Of a stretch of 64,000 nt of DNA, positions 49,650-58,938 are shown in pieces. The notes under the pieces are model-generated. The model searched no databases and was not told where the DNA came from. It saw nothing but the letters and a program-made list of their open reading frames with translations. The stretch's first letter is position 1, and every line of letters starts with the position of its first letter. The DNA comes from Anaerolineae bacterium (lineage in GTDB: Bacteria > Chloroflexota > Anaerolineae > S140-20): contig JALUTT010000145.1 of assembly GCA_027021705.1 (NCBI GenBank), positions 827 through 64,826 on the forward strand, in the 5' to 3' direction. A program made the position numbers and the translations under genes.

Positions 49650-50509
49650 CGCGCGTACAGGGCGAGCAGCGTGGCGACGAAGAGGGTGACGGCGATGTAG
49701 CCGTTGACGTTGAAGAAGGCGACGTTCACCCGGGAGAGGTCGGTGGGCGAGACCAGGGAGTGCTCGTAGATGAGCAGGCCGGCGGTGATGGCCAGCCCCA
49801 GCCAGTAGGGCCAGCCCAGCCCCACGCTCCGGCCGACGGCGGCCAGGAAGCCGACGGTCAGGAGGTGGTTGGCCCGGGCCAGGCGCAGGGCGACGGCGTT
49901 GCCGAAGCGGGCCGGCACGGCGTGGAGCCCTTCGGCCCGGTCGAATTCGGTGTCCTGGCAGGCGTAGATGAGGTCGAAGCCGGCGATCCAGAAGGTGACG
50001 GCAGCCAGGAGGAGCCAGGCGGGGCGGTCGGCCGGCGTGAAGAGGCTGGCCCGCACGGCGACCCAGGCCCCCATCGGGGCCAGCCCATCGGTGAAGCCCA
50101 GCACCCAGTGGCTGAGCCAGGTGAAGCGCTTGGTGAAGCTGTAGCCGACGAGGAAGAGCAGCGCTCCCGGCAGCAGCTTCAGGGCCAGCGGGTTGAGCTG
50201 CCAGGCGGCGATGGTCAGGACGACGGCGGCGACGAGGCCATAGGCCAGCGTTGCCCGGGGGGAGAGCCGGCCGCTGGGGATGGGGCGGTGGGCCGTGCGG
50301 GGGTTACGGGCGTCGTAGACCCGGTCGGCCCAGCGGTTGACGGCGAAGGCGACCGTCCGGGCCGCGGCCATCGCCACGGTGATCCAGAAAAAGTGGCGTA
50401 GGGAAGGCCAGCCTCCGGCGGCCAGCACCATCCCTAGGTAGGCGAAGGGCAGGGCGAAGACGGTGTGCTCGAAGCGGATGGTCTCCAGGAAGAGGCGGAG
50501 GGAGGTCAT
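49646..50509 (-). CDS. ubiA: UbiA-family aromatic prenyltransferase (4-hydroxybenzoate polyprenyltransferase-like)
   Basis: 287 aa polytopic. NRWADRVYDARN (NDxxDxxxD-type) motif. Confidence 0.88.
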   Translation of the reverse strand: MTSLRLFLETIRFEHTVFALPFAYLGMVLAAGGWPSLRHFFWITVAMAAARTVAFAVNRWADRVYDARNPRTAHRPIPSGRLSPRATLAYGLVAAVVLTIAAWQLNPLALKLLPGALLFLVGYSFTKRFTWLSHWVLGFTDGLAPMGAWVAVRASLFTPADRPAWLLLAAVTFWIAGFDLIYACQDTEFDRAEGLHAVPARFGNAVALRLARANHLLTVGFLAAVGRSVGLGWPYWLGLAITAGLLIYEHSLVSPTDLSRVNVAFFNVNGYIAVTLFVATLLALYAR

Positions 50510-51981
50510 CGGATGCCGTACTCGTCCCAGCGTCGGTCTACCAGTGCCTTGATCTCAGGGCTCATCACGATCTCGTCGGGCCAGCCGCGCTTGTGGCCGT
50601 CCTCAGGGCCCTTGGCGGTCGCGTCCACGCCGATCTTGCCGCCGTAGGAGTGGCGGACGGCGCTGTGGTCCAGATGGTCCACCGGCCCCTCCACGATGAC
50701 CACATCCCGACGCCAGTCCACGTTGCCCAGGACCCGCCAGGCGACTTCGGAGAGGTCGTGGACGTTGACGTCGTGGTCCACGACGACGATGGCCTTGGCC
50801 AGCATCATCAGCCCCAGCCCCCACAGGCCGTGGATCACCTTGCGGGGGTGGCCGGGGTAGCGCTTCCTGATGCTGACGATGACCAGGTTGTGGAAGACGC
50901 CCTCGGCGGGCATGTTCACGTCCACAATCTCGCCGAGGAATAGGCGCATCAGGGGTAGGAAGAGCCGTTCGGTGGCCTTGCCCATCCAGTAGTCCTCCAT
51001 CGGCGGGCGGCCGACGACGGTGGTGGGGTAGATGGGCTCCCGGCGGTGGGTGACGGCGGTGACGTGGAAGACGGGGAAGGGCTCGGCCGGCGTGTAGAAG
51101 CCGGTGTGGTCGCCGAAGGGGCCTTCGAGCCGGTGTTCGTGGGGGTCCACGTAGCCCTCGATGACGATCTCGGCGTCGGCGGGCACCTCCAGCGGCTGGG
51201 TGACGCAACGCACCAGGTGGACGGGCCGGCCCCGCAGCCAGCCGGCCAGGAGGTACTCGTCCACGTCGGGGGGGAGGGGGGCCGAGGCGCACCAGATCTC
51301 GGCGGGGTCGCCGCCCAGGACGACGGCGGCCGGGATGTGCTCGACACCTCGCTCCCGGGCCACTCGTTCGTGCTCCGCGCCCCCTTTGTGGCGCTGCCAG
51401 TGCATCCCCAGCAGGGGAGGGCGGCCCGGTGCCCCGGCGTCGAAGAGCTGGAGGCGGTACATCCCGACGTTGCGCCGACCGGTGACCGGGTCGCGGGTGA
51501 CCACCTGGGGGAGGGTGATGTAGCGGCCGGCATCCCCGGGCCAGCACTTGAGGATGGGGAGCCAGTCCAGGGTGGGGTTCTCCGTCTCGACGACCTCCTG
51601 ACAGGGGCCGGATTTCACGATGCGGGGGCCGATGCGGGCCACATCCAGCATCTCCAGCCCCCGGCGCAGCTTCTCCCCCAGGGTGCGGGGCATCGTCAGG
51701 TCCAGCACCTTCTCCAGGTTCCGGCCCAGGTCGTCCAGCGCCTCGACGCCCAGGGCCCAGGCCATCCGCCGGGCGGAGCCGAAGGCGTTGATGAGGAGGG
51801 GGACGGTGGAGCCGGTGACCTGCTCGAAGAGGAGCGCCTTGTTCTGGGCCGGCGGCCCCTTGACCACCCGGTCGGCGATCTCGGTGATCTCCAGTTCGGG
51901 GCTGACGGGAACCCGGACGCGCACCAGTTGGTCGCGCTCCTCCAGGAGCCGGATGAACTCACGAAGGTCTTTGAAGGCCAT
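50506..51981 (-). CDS. ubiD: UbiD-family (prenylated-FMN-dependent) decarboxylase
   Basis: 491 aa. UbiD N-terminus MAFKDLREFIRLLEE. Conserved core. Confidence 0.9.
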   Translation of the reverse strand: MAFKDLREFIRLLEERDQLVRVRVPVSPELEITEIADRVVKGPPAQNKALLFEQVTGSTVPLLINAFGSARRMAWALGVEALDDLGRNLEKVLDLTMPRTLGEKLRRGLEMLDVARIGPRIVKSGPCQEVVETENPTLDWLPILKCWPGDAGRYITLPQVVTRDPVTGRRNVGMYRLQLFDAGAPGRPPLLGMHWQRHKGGAEHERVARERGVEHIPAAVVLGGDPAEIWCASAPLPPDVDEYLLAGWLRGRPVHLVRCVTQPLEVPADAEIVIEGYVDPHEHRLEGPFGDHTGFYTPAEPFPVFHVTAVTHRREPIYPTTVVGRPPMEDYWMGKATERLFLPLMRLFLGEIVDVNMPAEGVFHNLVIVSIRKRYPGHPRKVIHGLWGLGLMMLAKAIVVVDHDVNVHDLSEVAWRVLGNVDWRRDVVIVEGPVDHLDHSAVRHSYGGKIGVDATAKGPEDGHKRGWPDEIVMSPEIKALVDRRWDEYGIR

Positions 51982-51990
51982 CGTTGGGGC

Positions 51991-52287
51991 TTATCCGCCG
52001 ATTGCCTGCACGGCTGAGTACTGAGGCACGGCCAGGTAGCGCTCAGGGCGGTGGCGGTGGTATTCGCTCAGGAACTGGTCCAGTTTCTCCGAGATGTTCG
52101 CTGAGATATATGCCTCCCCACATTGCTCGCAGACATCGGCCGGGACATCGCGGATGATGATGAGGTCTTCCCCGCGCCAAATTTCCAGTGTCGTCGTTCC
52201 GGGCCCTAGTTCTCCTCCACAAAGGTCGCAGCGATCCAGGTGTTCGTTCATTTTTGCACCTTCCGTGTCTTGTAATCGCTTTCCCAT
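51991..52287 (-). CDS. YgiT/MqsA-type zinc-ribbon small protein
   Basis: CDLCGG ... CEQCGE four-Cys ribbon. About 90 aa. Confidence 0.55.
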   Translation of the reverse strand: MGKRLQDTEGAKMNEHLDRCDLCGGELGPGTTTLEIWRGEDLIIIRDVPADVCEQCGEAYISANISEKLDQFLSEYHRHRPERYLAVPQYSAVQAIGG

Positions 52288-52308
52288 AGCCTGTCAGAAG
52301 AGGCTTGC

Positions 52309-53535
52309 TCATTGCTTCTCGTAAGGCTTGCCGATGGCCGCCGGCGGGATGGAGCGCCCGATGACGCCGGCCAGGACGATGACGGTGAGCACATAGGGGA
52401 CCATCTGGAGGAACTCGGCGGGGATGCCCACCCCCAGGATCTGCATCTTGTCCTGGAGGGCATCGGCGAAGCCGAAGAGCATCCCGGCTCCCAGCCCACC
52501 CAACGCCGTCCACTTGCCGAAGATGAGGGCGGCCAGCGCGACGAAGCCCTTGCCGTTGGTCATCGCGTCCTCGAAGCGGCCCACCTCGCCCAGGGAGAAG
52601 TAGGCCCCACCGATGCCGGCGATCAGCCCGCCGATGAGGACGTTGATGTAGCGGGTGCGGTTGACGTGGACGCCCAAGGTGTCGGCGGCCTGGGGATGCT
52701 CGCCCACCGCCCGCGTGCGCAGCCCCCACCGGGTGTGAAAGAGGACGACGTGGACGATGACCACCAGCACCATCATCAGGTAGACCGTCGGCTGGTGCAG
52801 GAAGAAGATGGGGCCGATGAAGGGAATCTTGGAGAGGCCGGGGATGGCGAAGGCGGTGAAGGTTCCCGGCGCGTTGTGGCCGCTGGGCGTCAGCAGCCGG
52901 ACGTTGAGGTAGCGGGTCGCCCCCACGGCCAGGATGTTGATGACGGTGCCGCTGATGATCTGGTCCACCTTGTAGCGGATGGAGAGGACGGCGTGCAGGG
53001 CGGCCATCAGGGCGCTGACCAGCATGGCCGCGCCGACGCCCACCCAGTGGCTGCCGCTGAGGGAGGCGGCGGCGACGGCGGTGAAAGCTCCGGTGAGCAT
53101 CATCCCTTCAATGGCGATGTTGATGACGCCGGAACGCTCGCACCAGAGGCCGCTGAGGGCTCCCAGCACCAAGGGGGTGGACCGCACGATGGACTCGCGA
53201 AGCATCCCCAGCAGGCTCAGGCTCCGCCCCCGGGTGAGCCAGACCAGGAAGGCGCTCACGATGAAGAGGGAGACCAGCCCCAGCAGCAGGTCGCTCCAGC
53301 GGTCTCCCTTGGCCCACTGAACGCCGGCGGCGAAGAGGGAGAGCAGGGCCAGGACGTAGAGGGCGGCCCGGGTGGGCAGGGTGACCAGCGGAGTGTCGGC
53401 GTCGAATTGGGTGAAGGCGGAGCGGTGGGCCGGCGTCACCGTCAACGCGGTCACCAGCAGGATGATGATCCCGCCGGCCAGGAAGAGCAGGCTCAGCAGT
53501 CGCTCGCGGGGGATCCCCTTGGATGTTGGACTCAC
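52309..53535 (-). CDS. ABC transporter permease, BMP/nucleoside-type (paralogue of the gene at 56195-57457)
   Basis: 408 aa polytopic. Shares CERSGVINIAIEGMML and other blocks with 56195-57457. Confidence 0.82.
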   Translation of the reverse strand: MSPTSKGIPRERLLSLLFLAGGIIILLVTALTVTPAHRSAFTQFDADTPLVTLPTRAALYVLALLSLFAAGVQWAKGDRWSDLLLGLVSLFIVSAFLVWLTRGRSLSLLGMLRESIVRSTPLVLGALSGLWCERSGVINIAIEGMMLTGAFTAVAAASLSGSHWVGVGAAMLVSALMAALHAVLSIRYKVDQIISGTVINILAVGATRYLNVRLLTPSGHNAPGTFTAFAIPGLSKIPFIGPIFFLHQPTVYLMMVLVVIVHVVLFHTRWGLRTRAVGEHPQAADTLGVHVNRTRYINVLIGGLIAGIGGAYFSLGEVGRFEDAMTNGKGFVALAALIFGKWTALGGLGAGMLFGFADALQDKMQILGVGIPAEFLQMVPYVLTVIVLAGVIGRSIPPAAIGKPYEKQ

Positions 53536-53630
53536 TTCGGCATATCTCCTTGCTTCTGACCTTGAGCTTCGCCTCAGGCGACCGTCTCCTTCCGGGTTCC
53601 GTCTGGGACAAAGGCACCAGGATGCCTTGG

Positions 53631-53867
53631 CTATTTGGGGGGCGGAGCTACCAGGATTCTTGCCTGGACCGATTCCAGGAAGAAATCCCGCAGGAACGTG
53701 CTCGCGTTCAAAATCTCGATGCCAATGAGTTCGCCTCGATCGTTCAACTCGGCGGTCACGTTGGGATGGATTTCGACGCTGCCCGCTTCTGGTTCATCGG
53801 AGAAAGCGAGGTGCAGGACATCCTCTTGCTCAAAATACACCATCCGGGTCGTCCTCTTGTCGCTCAT
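53631..53867 (-). CDS. DUF2283-like small protein
   Basis: Start trimmed to MSDKRTTRMVYFEQEDVLHLAFSD...GELIGIEILNAS (DUF2283 pattern). Confidence 0.5.
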   Translation of the reverse strand: MSDKRTTRMVYFEQEDVLHLAFSDEPEAGSVEIHPNVTAELNDRGELIGIEILNASTFLRDFFLESVQARILVAPPPK

Positions 53868-53889
53868 GCAAGTACCTCTGATTTCAAAC

Positions 53890-54780
53890 GAGTGTGACCA
53901 AAATGGGTTGGAGGCGGTAGAAGCGCAACGCCCCTGCATCTTTACCCCAGCAGCTTCCGGTCACGCTCGGTTCAAAAGCCCCCGGAATCACTGACGCACT
54001 GAGGGAAGTGAAGACACTGAACCGTCATCCCCCATCCGTTCAATCCGTTCCCCAATCCGTTGACAGCTCGTCCGCTCCGGCCACGGCGGGAGACACGAAG
54101 GACACCAAGAGCTCAAAGAGCACGAAGCGGTGCGAAGGTCTGGACAAGCCCTCTTGGGGGCACCACCCCCCCATCCGTTCCCAATCCGTTCAATCCGTTC
54201 CCAATCCGTTGACAGCTATCCGTTCCCCAATCCGTTGACAGCTCGTCCGCTCCGGCCACGGCGGGAGACACGAAGGACACCAAGAGCTCAAAGAGCACGA
54301 AGCGGTGCGAAGGTCTGGACAAACCCTCTTGGGGGCACCACCCCCCCATCCGTTCCCAATCCGTTCAATCCGTTCCCAATCCGTTGACAGCTATCCGTTC
54401 CCCAATCCGTTGACAGCTCGTCCGCTCCGGCCACGGCGGGAGACACGAAGGACACCAAGAGCTCAAAGAGCACGAAGCGGTGCGAAGGTCTGGACAAACC
54501 CTCTTGGGAGCACCAACCCCCCATCCGCTCCAAATCCGTTCAATCCGTTCCCAATCCGTTGACAGCTATCCGTTCCCCAATCCGTTGACAGCTTGTCCGT
54601 CCGCCAACCAAGCCCTCAGAATCACTGACGCACTGAGGGAGATGAAGACACTGAGCCTTGTGCAGGGCGGCCCAGGTCGTCGGCAAGGCCGTGACCCGAC
54701 GGTGGGGAGGGGGCACACAACCCCTCAGTGAGCTCATTTCTTTCAGTTGCTCAGTGATTCAACGGCTTTTGGTCACGCTC
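53890..54780. mobile_element. Complex MITE-like element, copy 2 (891 bp), with the same terminal inverted repeats as 39637-40177, about 3.5 internal ~175-bp tandem units, and a perfect 9-bp target-site duplication ATTTCAAAC
   Basis: ATTTCAAAC at 53881-53889 and 54781-54789. Terminal repeats gagtgtgaccaaaa / ttttggtcacgctc. Each internal unit has three TTGACAGCT and multiple ATCCGTT. Confidence 0.8.
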
Positions 54781-54957
54781 ATTTCAAACTTCCTCACGAC
54801 AGCGCTTGCCGTCTTGTCATCTGCGCAAAATGTCTCAAAATCCATTCCCTCTACAAATGTCTCGATGCTCTCCATGGCGGCTAGGATGTCCTTCAGGTAC
54901 AATCGGTAGTCTCTCATATCGGTACGACCTCCGACAGTACCCCCAAACCGTCCTTTG

Positions 54958-56160
54958 CTACGCTCCCCACCCCCGGCTGAAGACGACTTCCTCTTCCTCG
55001 ACCCGCCGGGGCGGGCGCAGGCGGAAGAGCCCTCGGATGATGGCAGGGGCGGCAATGAAGATGATGACCATCGCCTGGACGATCTGGACGATCTCGATGG
55101 GGATGGAGGCGACGGACTGCATCCGGGTGCCGCCGGCCCGCAGGAAGCCGAAGAGCAGCGCGGCCAGGGTGACGCCCAGGGGGTGGCTCTTGCCCAGCAG
55201 GGCCAGGGCGATGCTGTCGAAGCCGTAGCCGGCCGAGAAGCCCAGCGCCATGTTGTGGGTCACGCCCAGCACCTGGACGGCACCCGCCATCCCCGCCAGC
55301 GCTCCGCTCAGGAACATGGCCAGGACGAAGCTGCGGGCGACGTTGATGCCCCCGTAGCGGGCTGCGTTGGGGTTGGCCCCCACCGTCCGCAGCTCGAAGC
55401 CCCACACCGTCTTCCAGAGGAACCACCAGACGAAGAAGGCGGCTGCCAGGGCGATGAAGAAGCCGGCGTGGAAGCGGATGGGGTGGGGCAGGAAACGGGG
55501 CAGGACGGCCGTGGGGGCGATCTCCGGCGTGCGGGCGGTTCCCTTCATCCCCTCCATCGGCCCGTTGAGGAGCCACTCGCTCAGCTTGAAGGCGATGTAG
55601 TTGAACATAATGGTGTTGATCACCTCGTGGGCTCCGGTGCGGGCCTTCAGGTAGCCGGGGACGGCCCCCCACAGCCCGGCGCCGACGATGCCGGCCAGGA
55701 GGGCCAGGGAGACGTGGAGCAGGGCGGGGAGGCCGGTGACGGCGTAGCCCACGTAGGCGGTGCAGAGCCCACCGATGACCAATTGGCCTTCGGCCCCGAT
55801 GTTGAAGAGGCCGGCCCGGAAACCGAGGGCGACGGCCAGCCCGGCGAAGATGTAGGGCACCGAGTTGACCAGGCTCTCGCTGAAGGGGCGCAGGGCCGAA
55901 TAGAGCTTGCGGGGGTTCCCACTGCTGCGCCACTCGCCGAAGGCGCTGGTGATACGGGCCGGGCTGCCAAAGGCCCCCTCGAAGAGGGTGACGTAGGCTT
56001 GCCAGGCTTTCTGGCCGGCCAGCTTGAGCACTTGGCCGGCCGGCTCTTGCCCCGTCGCCTCGATCACCTCGGGGTCGGTGACGATGACGATGAGGCCGGC
56101 GATGAGCAATGCCGTGAGGACGGCCAGGACCGGGACGGTGAAGGTCGTCAGTTTGCGCAT
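54958..56160 (-). CDS. ABC transporter permease, BMP/nucleoside-type (paralogue of the gene at 57594-58868)
   Basis: Start trimmed to MRKLTTFTVPVLAVL. Polytopic. Confidence 0.8.
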   Translation of the reverse strand: MRKLTTFTVPVLAVLTALLIAGLIVIVTDPEVIEATGQEPAGQVLKLAGQKAWQAYVTLFEGAFGSPARITSAFGEWRSSGNPRKLYSALRPFSESLVNSVPYIFAGLAVALGFRAGLFNIGAEGQLVIGGLCTAYVGYAVTGLPALLHVSLALLAGIVGAGLWGAVPGYLKARTGAHEVINTIMFNYIAFKLSEWLLNGPMEGMKGTARTPEIAPTAVLPRFLPHPIRFHAGFFIALAAAFFVWWFLWKTVWGFELRTVGANPNAARYGGINVARSFVLAMFLSGALAGMAGAVQVLGVTHNMALGFSAGYGFDSIALALLGKSHPLGVTLAALLFGFLRAGGTRMQSVASIPIEIVQIVQAMVIIFIAAPAIIRGLFRLRPPRRVEEEEVVFSRGWGA

Positions 56161-56194
56161 AGGCGGACTCGCAGGAACGCTTGGATGGTCTGGG

Positions 56195-57457
56195 TCAGGC
56201 TTTCTCGTAGGGTTGACCGTCGGCGGCGGGCGGGATGGCGCGGCCAACGATGCCGGCCAGCGTGATCATCGTCGCCAGGTAGGGAGCCATCAACAGGAAC
56301 TCCGAGGGGATGGGGACCTTGAGGATGGCCAGCTTCGTCTGCAGGGAGTCGGCCAGGCCGAAGATGAGGGAGGCGGCGAAGCCCCCGAAGGGGTTCCACT
56401 TGCCGAAGATCATCGCGGCCAGGCCGATGAAGCCCTTGCCGGCCGTCATCACCTCGTCGAAGCGGCCCACGGACCCCAGGGTGAAGTAGGCCCCGCCCAG
56501 GCCGGCGATGCAGCCGCCGATGATGACGTTGACGTAGCGGGTGCGGAAGACGTTGATGCCCAGCGTGTCGGCCGCCTTGGGATGCTCCCCCACCGCCCGC
56601 GTGCGCAGCCCCCAGCGGGTGTAGAAGAGCACGACGTGGGTAATGATGACCAGCAGGAGCGTCAGGTAGACGACCAGGTTGGTGTTGAAGAAGACCGGCC
56701 CCAGCACGGGGATCTTCGCCAGCAGGGGGATGGGGACGGGGCGGAAGTTGACCGAGGCGTTGAGGCGCTCGTTGGTCGCCAGCCAGCTCGCGCTCAGAAA
56801 GCTGGTCAGCCCCACGGCGAAGATGTTGATGGCCGTGCCCGCGACGATCTGGTCTACTTTGAAACGGATGGCCAGGACGGCCAGGACGGCGGCCAGCAGG
56901 CCGCCGGTGATGAGGGCCACGATGAGCCCCAGGAGCAACCCGGTCGTCGTCCCCAGCCCCCAGATGTTCTGGGCTGCGCTGGAGACGATGACGCTGGTGA
57001 AGGCGGCGCTGAGCATCATCCCCTCGATGGCGATGTTGATGACCGCCGAGCGCTCGCACCAGACGCCGCTCAGGGCGCCCAGGGTGATGGGGGTGGCCCG
57101 CAAGAGGGTGCTGACCAACATCCCCGTCAGGCTGAAGGATTTACCCCGGGCCGCCCAGGTGAGAAAGGCGAAGACGAAGACCAGGAGCAGCGTGCCCAGC
57201 ACGGCGTTGACCGCTCTGAAGCCGCGCACGAGCTGCCAGCCGCCGACGAAGGCGCACAGCAGCCCCAGCACGTAGATGGTTGTCCGGGTCGGCAGTACCA
57301 AGTCGGGCACCGGGATGGGCGGCGTCTTGGTCACGAGGTTGAGCACGAAGGTCGAGCGCTGGTCGGGGGCCGCATCCGGTCCGAAAAGGTAGATGATCGC
57401 AATGCCGATGAGGGCGAAGACCACCCCCATCGCCCGGTCACGGCGCTTCGTAGGCAT
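56195..57457 (-). CDS. ABC transporter permease, BMP/nucleoside-type
   Basis: 420 aa polytopic. CERSAVINIAIEGMML. Confidence 0.82.
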   Translation of the reverse strand: MPTKRRDRAMGVVFALIGIAIIYLFGPDAAPDQRSTFVLNLVTKTPPIPVPDLVLPTRTTIYVLGLLCAFVGGWQLVRGFRAVNAVLGTLLLVFVFAFLTWAARGKSFSLTGMLVSTLLRATPITLGALSGVWCERSAVINIAIEGMMLSAAFTSVIVSSAAQNIWGLGTTTGLLLGLIVALITGGLLAAVLAVLAIRFKVDQIVAGTAINIFAVGLTSFLSASWLATNERLNASVNFRPVPIPLLAKIPVLGPVFFNTNLVVYLTLLLVIITHVVLFYTRWGLRTRAVGEHPKAADTLGINVFRTRYVNVIIGGCIAGLGGAYFTLGSVGRFDEVMTAGKGFIGLAAMIFGKWNPFGGFAASLIFGLADSLQTKLAILKVPIPSEFLLMAPYLATMITLAGIVGRAIPPAADGQPYEKA

Positions 57458-57477
57458 TCTCGTTCCTTAACGTTCCT

Positions 57478-57593
57478 GTAACTGTTCGCCCTCCCGCAGG
57501 TTAGGCGCGTTTCCGCCGCGAAACCGTGCTTCCAATAGCCCATCGGGGCTGCAAGCACCCTCGACCGGTGACCTGCGGGAGGGTAGGCTGAAT
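57478..57593. mobile_element. MITE-like element, copy B (same family as 33004-33124), sitting in the permease-permease intergenic gap and abutting the upstream gene's stop codon
   Basis: About 95% identical core. Arms ccctcccgcaggt at 57489-57501 and acctgcgggaggg at 57571-57583. 3' end diverged, with no clean target-site duplication. Confidence 0.7.
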
Positions 57594-58868
57594 TTATGCT
57601 CCCCATCCCCGGGTGAAAACCGGTCCGACCTCTTCCCGCTCTTCCCGCAGCCGGTAGAGCCAGCGGATGATGGCCGGCGCGGCGACGAAGACGATGACCA
57701 TCGCCTGAACGATCTGGATGATGTCAATGGGGATGCGGGCGCTGGACTGCATACGGATGGCTCCGGCCCGCAGGAAACCCCACAGCAGGGAGGCCAGGAC
57801 CACGCCCAGAGGGTGGCTCTTGCCCAGCAGGGCCAGGGCGATGCTGTCGAAGCCATAGCCGGAGGAGAAGGCCTGGGCCATAAAGTGGTTCACCCCCAGC
57901 ACCTCGTTGGTGCCGGCCAATCCGGCCAGCGCCCCGCTCAGGGCCATCGCCAGGACGAAGTTGCGGGTCACGCTCATCCCGGCGTAGCGGGCCGCGTTGG
58001 GGTTGGCCCCCACGGTCCGAATCTCGAAGCCCAGCGTTGTCTTCCACAGGAACCAGTAGACCAGCCAGGCCACCCCTAGGGCGACGAAGAAGCCGGCGTG
58101 GAAGCGCAATGGGTCGGGGAAGAAGCGGGGTAGGTAGGCGCTGGGCAGGATCGGGGGGCTGACGGGGTTGAAGCCGGAGCGCTGCATCGGCCCGGTCAGC
58201 AGCCAGTCGCTGAGCCGGAAGGCGATGTAGTTCATCATAATGGTGTTGATGACCTCGTGGGCTCCCGTCTTGGCCTTCAGGTAGCCGGGGATGGCTCCCC
58301 AGACCGCCCCGCCCAGGGCGCCGGCCAGCAAGGCCAAAGGCAGGTGGAGGAGCCAGGGCAGGCCGGTGATGGTGTAACCCACCCAGGTGGAAACGAGGGC
58401 TCCGATGAAGAGCTGCCCTTCCGCCCCGATGTTGAAGAGGCCACACTGGAAGCCCAGGGCGACGGCCAGCCCGGCGAAGATGTAGGGGGTGGTGGCGACC
58501 AGGCTCTCGCTCAGGGGGTAGAGGGCCTGGAGCAGCCGAGCGTTGCCACGCCCGGCCAGCCAGTCGGCCAGCCCACCGATCAACTCCTTCGGATTGCCGA
58601 TGGAGCCCTCCAGCAGCGCCCCATAGGCGTCCAGGAGCCGGGCAGCGCTCAGGCGCAGGGCCTGACCCGGAGCCTGGAAGAAGCGCCCCCAGGCCCCCAG
58701 CACTTCGGTGTCGGAGATGAGGATGAAGATGCTGCTGATGACGAGGGCGGTGACGATGGCCAGCACGGGGATGAGGAGGGACCGGAGCCAGGCCGACCAG
58801 CGTCGAGGACGCCGGGGCACGGGCGCTTCGACCGGTTCCCTCTCAACGGCGATCTCTGCCTGGGCCAT
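57594..58868 (-). CDS. ABC transporter permease, BMP/nucleoside-type
   Basis: 424 aa polytopic. Confidence 0.82.
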   Translation of the reverse strand: MAQAEIAVEREPVEAPVPRRPRRWSAWLRSLLIPVLAIVTALVISSIFILISDTEVLGAWGRFFQAPGQALRLSAARLLDAYGALLEGSIGNPKELIGGLADWLAGRGNARLLQALYPLSESLVATTPYIFAGLAVALGFQCGLFNIGAEGQLFIGALVSTWVGYTITGLPWLLHLPLALLAGALGGAVWGAIPGYLKAKTGAHEVINTIMMNYIAFRLSDWLLTGPMQRSGFNPVSPPILPSAYLPRFFPDPLRFHAGFFVALGVAWLVYWFLWKTTLGFEIRTVGANPNAARYAGMSVTRNFVLAMALSGALAGLAGTNEVLGVNHFMAQAFSSGYGFDSIALALLGKSHPLGVVLASLLWGFLRAGAIRMQSSARIPIDIIQIVQAMVIVFVAAPAIIRWLYRLREEREEVGPVFTRGWGA

Positions 58869-58938
58869 AATCTTCTTTGCTCCTCAGCTTGGGCTCGCTT
58901 CCCAAAAGGGCTTTTCGTCTGATCCCAGGACCAGGGTG

